NCBI RefSeq assembly: GCF_009914755.1
Contig: NC_060925.1
DNA: 64,000 nt
Reading direction: 5' to 3' (one strand)
DNA from: the human T2T-CHM13v2.0 reference genome, Homo sapiens
Shown: positions 50,571 to 64,000 of the stretch, piece by piece
Layout of the letters: the number at the start of each line of letters is the position of its first letter
How positions within the stretch are numbered: the stretch's first letter is position 1
Notes under the pieces: model-generated
What the model saw: only the letters and a program-made list of their open reading frames with translations
The model's database searches: none
What the model was told of the DNA's origin: nothing
Translations under genes and position numbers: made by a program

Positions 50571-53027
50571 TAGCAGGGTGAAGTGGAAATCTAAACTTTT
50601 TGTTGTTAACAAAAACAGATATTATTAAAGCTGTCAGCTACTTCTAAGTCTAGTGGTAGCTATTTAGAAGCTACTGTGGTGGTGAGCTTTGTTCAGAGAT
50701 CAATGATGTGACCTGTTCCTTTTAGTTATGTGGATGTGTGACAAGGAGTGAACACTTATTCTCAGGTTCGATAGAGAATTCACAAATGCAATGCTTTAGG
50801 AGCCAGGCTGATACTGAAGAAAGCTAGATATAAGTGACTAGGGCTCTAAGCGAGATCTAAAGTGAGTAAACCCAACTCAGTTCCAATTAACAGAGGCCAT
50901 GCAGCATGCAGATCCAGTTTTCCCGGGTCGTGTGGAAGCTAGGTTATCTATATTGTTAACTAAAAATCTCTCCATTTTAGAATATTGGCTCGAATCCAGA
51001 AAACACTGACAGGAAAACAAATCACAGCTGCAGGCTAGATGTGGCCTGTGACCATCAGTTCACTACCTGTAGTATAATGATACTTTGGGGAGCTTATTTT
51101 GTGTTCTGGGAAGGAGAGGAAATTTTTTCCAATATAGACCTTAGAAGAAATCTCCTGGGAGAAAAATGGATACAGATATCAACCTCTTCTCTTTTGAGAC
51201 TCCAGGTTATTACAACATCTTAGAGAGATATAGATATATAGTCTCACTTGAATTCACCTGGAAGGAAAGGAGACCCAGCACCCCAAGAAGCTGGAGCACC
51301 TGGGCATATTATAAGGCTCCAGAGGAGTAACATGAGGCCAGAGACTCTCTTGATTCAATCACCATAGCACTGGGGGCATGCTTGGTCAAAATAGCTGTGG
51401 AGAAGAGTGTATATTAAAGAAGAGGACTCATCAGTGGCATGATGATCATAATAGTAAAGGCGATATCTCCTTTTTCCTCCTTATGCTCTAAAAAACTGCA
51501 GCTCCAACAAGCAGTGGTTAAGGACCGTGGTCATTCCAGCAGTGGACAGTGATGATCTCTGGCGGTGTGAGACTCTGTGTTTCCAGGAACAACAGACTAC
51601 AGCCAGGGCAGCAACAAAAGACACTAGTTGGTGGGCTGATTACAGTCTCTGCTTCTCTCTGAACTAGTTACATGAAAACAAGACTGACCTCAATAATGAG
51701 TGTGTATCCTGAGTTTTAAGGCAGAGGGTAGGGTAGGGTAAACTCCAAAGGGTAATCTTTAAAAAGGTGAAACTGAAATCATAATGATTTAATTTGTATA
51801 TTAAAGAGAAACATGATTATGGCATAAGAATAGGCAAATAGATTAATGGAACAGAATAGTAAGTCCAAAAATAGACCCAAAAATATACAGTCAATTGAAT
51901 ATTTACAAAGGCACCAAGTCAATTCAATGGGAAAGGGAACTCTTCTAAACAGTTGAGGTTGAAACAGCTATAAAAATGTATGGAAAAAAATAAAGCTTGA
52001 CCCTACCTCACAGCATAGACAAACATTGGTTTGACATGAATCACAGATGAAATATAAAACATAAAACTACAAAGATCCTAGAAGAAAACATAGGAGAATA
52101 TCTCTGCAACCTTGCGATAGGCAAAGACTTCTCAGAACACCAAAAGAACTAACCATAAAAGAAAAAAAAGGATAAATTGGGCTTTATCAAAATTTAAAAC
52201 TTCTGATCATCAAAAGACACCATTAAGATAATTAAAAAGGCAAATTGGGTTTTCAGTCCTGTAGATAAGCACCTTTGAAGTCATTGCTCCATTCCAAAAA
52301 GTAAAAAGATGAACAAATTGAAAAATTAATAACTCTTCTTAAACCCATCAGAGAAGTGAGGTCACATGGCAAACTGCTCGCCCAAGCTTGGAGAAACGGA
52401 CAGATGAATACAGGGAATTACAAGTTCCTGGGACAGAAACCTAGAAGCAGAAATTGCCACAGAAACCAGTCTGAGATAGGAAGACCTGAACTGTAATTGA
52501 CAAATCAATGGAGGCCCAGTGTAGACAATCCTGAGAGTTAAAAATTCAAGGAGGACCCAGTCATGGAGGAATCCCCACACTTTTGTGAGTTTTACCTCCA
52601 AGAGCTCGACCAGATCTTCACAATGCATATTGGAGAAAAATCCCCACCTGCTTCTAGAAGGGGAATGAGGAAAGTATAATTTGAAATATACCAGAGCATT
52701 CTGTTTTAACAAGTCCTGACCTCAAGAGAAACTATTTTAAAGAGCCTAAACAATTAGGGCTTTTTTCAGAGGCTAGCCAACCTGGGAAAGGAAAATACTC
52801 AACTCCAGCCACTCTAACAATTCTGTCCCACTAAAGGGAGAGAAAAAATTATTATTGTGGAATTCACAGTCCAAAGCACAGACTCATTAAAAGATTGAGA
52901 GACCTAATCACAGGACTATTGGATGCTTCCCCTTCCCCCACAACTTACCACTACATTCCTAAAGGCCTATTTACCTCAGTTCCTTTTACCCAATACATCC
53001 AGTCCATCTGCCAAGAAAAAGGTAATA

Positions 53028-53168
53028 GCTGGGCCCAGTGGTGCATGCCTACAGTCCCAGCTACTTGGGAGGCTGAGGTGGGAGAATCATTTGAGCCCAG
53101 GAGTTTGAGTCCAGCCTAGGCAACATAACAACACCCCATCTCTAAAAAGAAACAAAGAAAGTAAAAAA
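53028..53168 (+). mobile_element. Free Alu monomer (FLAM_A-like)
   Basis: Single ~115-nt monomer plus A-rich tail. Confidence 0.75.
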
Positions 53169-53182
53169 TTACAAGACACACC

Positions 53183-53548
53183 ATCTTGGTCTGTTTTGTG
53201 CTGCTACAATAGAATACCTGAAAGTGATAATTTATAGTATACAAAAATGTACTGGTTTATGGTTCTGGAGGCTAGGAGGTCCAAAATTGAGGGGCTAGCA
53301 TCTAGTTAGGGCCTACTTGCTGCATCACTCCCTGGCAGAAGGCAAGAGGGCAAGAGAGACAGAATGAAAAGGGGGACTGAACTCCCTTTATAAGGAACCC
53401 ACTCCTGTGATAACAGCGTTAATCGATTCATGATGGCAGAGACTCATGGCATAATCACATCTCATTAGGCCCCACTTCCCAATACTGTTGCATCAGGGAT
53501 CAAGTTTCCAACACATGCTTTTTCAGGAACATATTCAAACCATAGCAC
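53183..53548 (+). mobile_element. MST (C/D-like) MaLR solo LTR
   Basis: CTTGGTCTGTTTTGTGCTGCT...TTCAAACCATAGCA. Confidence 0.75.
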
Positions 53549-54825
53549 ATTCTAAAAGTCAAGAAACACAGTTTGAAGAAACAGAACAAGCATCAGAACA
53601 GAACTCATATATGGAAGGATGTTGGAATTATCAGACCAGGAATTTAAAACAACTATGATTAATGTGCTCAGGGCTCTAATGAATAAAGTTGATAGCATGC
53701 AAGAACAGGTAGGTAATGTGAGCAGAGAGATGGAAATTCTCAGAGAGAATCAAAAAGAAATGTTAGAGATCAAAAACACTACCAGAGATGAAGAATGCCT
53801 TTGATGGGCTCATTAGCACACTGGACATGACTAAGGAAAGAATCTTTGAGCTTTGGGATATCGCAATAGAAACTTCCAAAACTGAAAACGAGAAAAAGTC
53901 TGAAAAAACTCCAGAATATCCAAGAACTGTGGGACAACTGTAAAAGGTATAACATATGTGTAATGGGAATACCAGAAGAAAAGAAAGAGAGAAAGGAACA
54001 GAAGCAATATTTGAACGAATGACTGACAGCTTTTCAAAATTAATGTCAGGCACCAAACCACAGATTTGGGAAGCTCAGAGAACACCAAAAAGCATAAATA
54101 CTAAAAAAGCTATACCTAGGCATATCATATTCCACTGCAGAAAATCAAAGGTACAGAAAAAATCTTGAAGGAAGTCAGAGAAATAAAACATCTTACTTAT
54201 AAAGGAGTAAAAATAAGAATTACTCTGACTTCTCTTCAGAAATCAAGCAAGCAAGAACAGAAGGAGTGAAGTATTTGAAATATTGAGAAAAAAACAAAAC
54301 AAAAACAAAAAACCTTCACCTGGAATTCTGTACCCTGTAAAATTATATTTCAAAATGAAGGAGAAATAAAAACTCTGTCAAAGAAAAATTGAGGGAATTT
54401 GTTACCAGTAGACCTTCCTTGCAAGAAATTTTTTTTTTACAAAAGTTCTCCAGAGAGAAGAAAATGATATAGATCAATCAAGAAAGAGAGCGCATAGAAG
54501 ACTAAATGAAGGGGAAATAAGAACTTATTTTTTTACTCTCAATTGATCTAACAGACAATAGCTTTTTCAAAATAATAATAGCAATCATCTATTTGAATAT
54601 ATATATATATATACACACACACATACACATATGCTTATGTGTAAGTGAAATGAGTGACTAGCATGATACAGGAATGGAGAAAATATAGTATATCTTTCTC
54701 CACACATTTTCTTTTATTCAATATTCTTCTTTATATTTAAAGTGGGTTTCTTGTACAGAGCATATAGTTGGCTCTTTTTTTTATTTTTTTTTATTTTTTT
54801 TTTGAGACGGAGTCTTGCTCTGTAA

Positions 54826-55837
<1,012 letters not shown>

Positions 55838-56131
55838 TTTATCACCTTTTTTAGTGGTTGTCCTAGAGTTTGCAAATACATTTACAAGTAATCCAAGTCC
55901 ACTTCCAAATAACACTATATCACTTCATGTGTAGTGCAAGTACTTTATAATGGCAGCAGGCAGAAAATTAGTAAGGACACAGTTGAACTCAACACCATCA
56001 ATCAACTGGACATGATTGACATCTATAGCTTATCCAATAGCAGCAGAATACACGTTCTTCTCAAGCTCACATGAAACATTTACCAAGATAGGCCATATTC
56101 CAGGCTATAAAACACATGGAAACAAATTTAA

Positions 56132-56475
<344 letters not shown>

Positions 56476-56806
56476 TCAGTGTCCACTTTTAGGCCACAAT
56501 GGAATTAAACTAGAAATTGAAAACAGAAAAAATATATGGAAAATTTAAAAATACTTGGAGATTAAACAACAACCTTTTAAGCAACACATGGGTCAAAGAA
56601 GAAATCTCAACAGAAATTTTAAAATATTTTGAACTAAGTGAAAATGAAAATACAACTTATCAAAATTTGGGGGAAAAGTGAAAAGAAAGCAGTACTTAGA
56701 GGGAAATTTATAGCATGTGGTAGAAAAGAAGAAATATCTGTCTGGCCATGGTGGCTCATGCTTTAATCCCAGTACTTTAGGAGGCTGAGGTGGAAGGATT
56801 ACTTGA

Positions 56807-59668
<2,862 letters not shown>

Positions 59669-60686
59669 TTAATGAAATTCAATCTCTACTAAAAATAAAA
59701 ATAAAAAAAGAAAATATGTTTTAAAAAAGAAAGAGAAAAGAAGAAAGATCCAAAGTCAATAATCTAAGCTTTCACCTTAGGAAACTAGAGAAAGAAGAGC
59801 AAATTAAATCTAAAGTAAGAAGAAGAAAAGAAATCATAAAAATTAAAACAGAAATCAATAAACTTGTAAACAGGAAATCAATACAGAAAATTAACAAAAC
59901 TAAAAGCTGGTTCTTTGAAAATATCAATAAAATTAATAATCCTCTAGCTGGGGTAACTAAGAAAAAAAAGAGAGGACACAAATTAATAATATCAGAAATG
60001 AAAGAGAGGACATCACTACAGATCTCATGGACAATCAATGGAACAGAATAGAGATCCCAGAAATTCACCCACATAAGCAGATTCAACTGATCTTTGAGAA
60101 AGGAGCAAAGGCAATACAACAGAGCAAAGACAATCTTTTTAACAAATGGTGCTGGAACACTGGACATCCACGTAAAGAAAAGAAATCTAAACACAGATCT
60201 TACACCCTTCACAACAAATAACTCCAAATGGATCACAAACCTACTTTTAAAACACAAAACTATAGAACTCTTAGAAGATAACAAGAGAAATCCTAAATGA
60301 CCTTGGTATGGTGATGATACAACACCAAGGGCATGATCCATGAATTGATAAGCTAAACTTTATTAAAATTAAAAACTCATGTTCTGTGAAAGACATTATC
60401 AGGAGAATGAGAAGATAAGCCAGAGACTGAGTTATCTTTGCAAAAGACATATCTGATAAAGGACTATTATCTAAAATATATAAAGAACTATTGAAACTCA
60501 ATAATAAGAAAATAAACAACCCAATTAAAAATAGGCAAATGACCTGAACAGAAACCTCACAAAAGAAGATATGTAGATGGCAAATAAGCATATGAAAAGA
60601 TGCTTAATATTGTATGTCATTAGGGCATTGCAAATTAAAACAACAATGAAATACCTTTGCACACCCATTAGAGTAGCTAAAATTCG

Positions 60687-61006
<320 letters not shown>

Positions 61007-62281
61007 CTAACACCATAAAATGCTGTGGTGAGCATATGGAGCAAAAGAAACTCTCATTCATGTAAAATGGTGTAGCTACTTTGGAAGACAGTTTGGCAAT
61101 TTCTTACAAAACTAAACATATTCTTACCATATGATCCAGCAATTGCTCTCCTTGGGTATTTACACAAATGAGTTAAAAATTGACGTCCACACAAACACCT
61201 GCACACAAATGTTTATGGCAGAGTTATTAAAAATAACCAAAACTTGGAAGCAACCAAGATGTCCTTCAGTAGGTAAATGTATAAATAAACTGTGGTACAC
61301 CCAGACAATGAAATATTATTCAGCACTAAAAAGAAGTGAGCTATCAAGCTATGAAAAGACATGGTATGGATGAACCTTAAATGGGTGGTACATAGTCAGA
61401 AAAAAATTATCTGAAATGGCCACATATTGTATGATGACAACTATATGGCATTCTGGAAAGGGTAAAACTATGGAGACAGGAAAAGGATCAGTGGTTTATA
61501 GGGTTTATGGAGTGGGAGGGATGAATAGTCAGAGCACTGAGGATTTTTAGGGCAGGGAAACTATTTTGTATGATACTATAGTGGTATATTTATAAGCCAT
61601 TATATATTTGTCAAAACCCATAGAAGGTACAACACCAAGAGTGAAGCCTAATGTGAAGTATGGGCTTTGGTAATGTGTCAATGCAGAAGCATTCAGTTGG
61701 ACAAATGTAAAACTCTCATGCAGGATGTTGAAAGTGGGAGATGTGCATTTGTGAGGCAGAGAGTATATGGAAAATCTTTGTATTTTTTACTGCGAACCTA
61801 AAACTGCTCTAAAAAATAAAGTCTTAAAAAACACAAGCCAGAAACTGTGAGAAAATATTCTTAATACATGTATCTGATAAGGAACTTGTATCATATAAAA
61901 GACTTCTACAAATCAAAAATAGACAATCCAATTAAAAAATAGTCAAAAGACAAAAAGACATTTCACAAAAGAAGACATAAAAATGGTCAATACACACATG
62001 AAAAGGTGTTCAATATCATGAGTCATCAAGGAAATGTTAATTAAAACCCCACTAAACTTCCACCTTACACCTACAGAAATGGTGAAAACTAAACAAATTG
62101 ACAATTATCAAATGTTGACAAGGGTGTGATACAAATGAAACTCTCATACACTGCTGGTGAGAGTATGACATAATACAGCCACTTTGGAAAACTGAGAGCT
62201 TCTTATAAAATTGTACACCTACCTAATGACCCAGCAGTTCAACTCCTAGGTATTTACCCAAATAGTGAAAATACGTGTTCA

Positions 62282-62644
<363 letters not shown>

Positions 62645-63477
62645 TCAAAAACTGGAAACAAACTCAAATATCTCTCAAAAGGATTATGAATGAAAAATAA
62701 TTGTGGTACACTTGTACAATGGAATATTATACAGTGATAAAATGGAATGAATTACGAATACAACACCATGAATCCCTAAAACATTAAATGGAGTTAAAAA
62801 CAGATTAAAAACAATACATATTGTATAATTCCGTTTATGTGACTTTCAAGAGCAGATAAACTAACCCATGGTGACAAAAAAGAATTCAGAACAAGACTGT
62901 ATATGGGGAAAGGGAGACTGATTGAAGGAGGGCATGAAAGAACTTTCTAGGGGTGACGGAAATGTGCTATGTCTTGGTTGGGGTATTGATTACATGGATA
63001 CATGTATTTGTTAAAATTCATTCATTTGTATACTTAATAGATGTACATTTTACTATATGTAAATATTACCTTCATAAGAAAGAAATATGACCTTATGGTT
63101 ACTCTAAACTGGCCAAACAAGATATATCACTTATGCATCTTTTTTGGTGCCCCTACCCCCCACCCCCACCCCCATGCCTAGAAGGGAGTTCAGGATAAAA
63201 CGAATGCTCAACACACAATCAAGGAAAGTTCTAAAAAAGGAACCAATTGCTTTGGCTGTTTATAGACAATGCAATGAGGTATTCAGATAGCTTCTATTAG
63301 GTGTGTGTTTAGTTTCCTACAGATAACTCCTTATAGAGTGAGGGATTTTTCTTCTGGTTTTGAGTAAAGTAACTTTCTTTGGCACTCAATCACATGTATG
63401 TGTGGACATGTGTACATATCTGCAGTACGACTGAAGGTCTTTGATTGTTCACCTGCAGCAGAAACTGTCTAAATTGA

Positions 63478-63786
<309 letters not shown>

Positions 63787-64000
63787 AATAATTTTTAAAA
63801 ATGTATCTTACCACGTAAATGTATTGTGAAACCATACTGAAAACTAAATCACAAGTACTTGTAGTATCATTGCTCAGTTGATGATTTTCAATATCATTTT
63901 CTCTCAGAGAGAAAGGACTGCATATTTATTCTCTGTTGCATATTATTATTGTAGTGACGATGTCTTGCTAACTCTAACTCCTGGGTTCAAGCAGTCCTCC

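Noticed and set aside
59772-60591. Hydrophobic, membrane-protein-like minus-strand ORFs
   Set aside because: Antisense translation of A-rich L1 ORF2.

Overview
Primate (most likely human) genomic DNA, not a microbial accessory region. The only host coding sequence is exon 1 of NIBAN1/FAM129A on the minus strand (CDS 5237..5183, MGGSASSQLDEGKCAYIRG, phase-1 GT donor), lying in a CpG island. Bases 1-5182 are its intron 1, and the remaining ~58 kb is repeat-dense upstream DNA. That DNA holds a full-length, ORF-disrupted L1PA3-type element (32414-38476, TSD-flanked, intact antisense ORF0), a 5S rRNA pseudogene, a complete MST/MaLR provirus, older L1/L2/MIR/LTR/MER copies and about 30 Alus. Nearly all other ORFs in the track are repeat-derived. 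I found no convincing new multi-gene system. The best leads are: (1) the L1 antisense promoter and ORF0 point at NIBAN1, with a phase-compatible splice donor; (2) a templated inverted 47-bp insertion with a duplicated Alu 3' end; (3) a cluster of ATF4/C-EBP motifs around NIBAN1 exon 1; (4) a T-tailed 5S retrocopy; (5) AluJ insertions at the same nucleotide of two separate old L1 copies. Repeat subfamily calls and boundaries are by eye and approximate.
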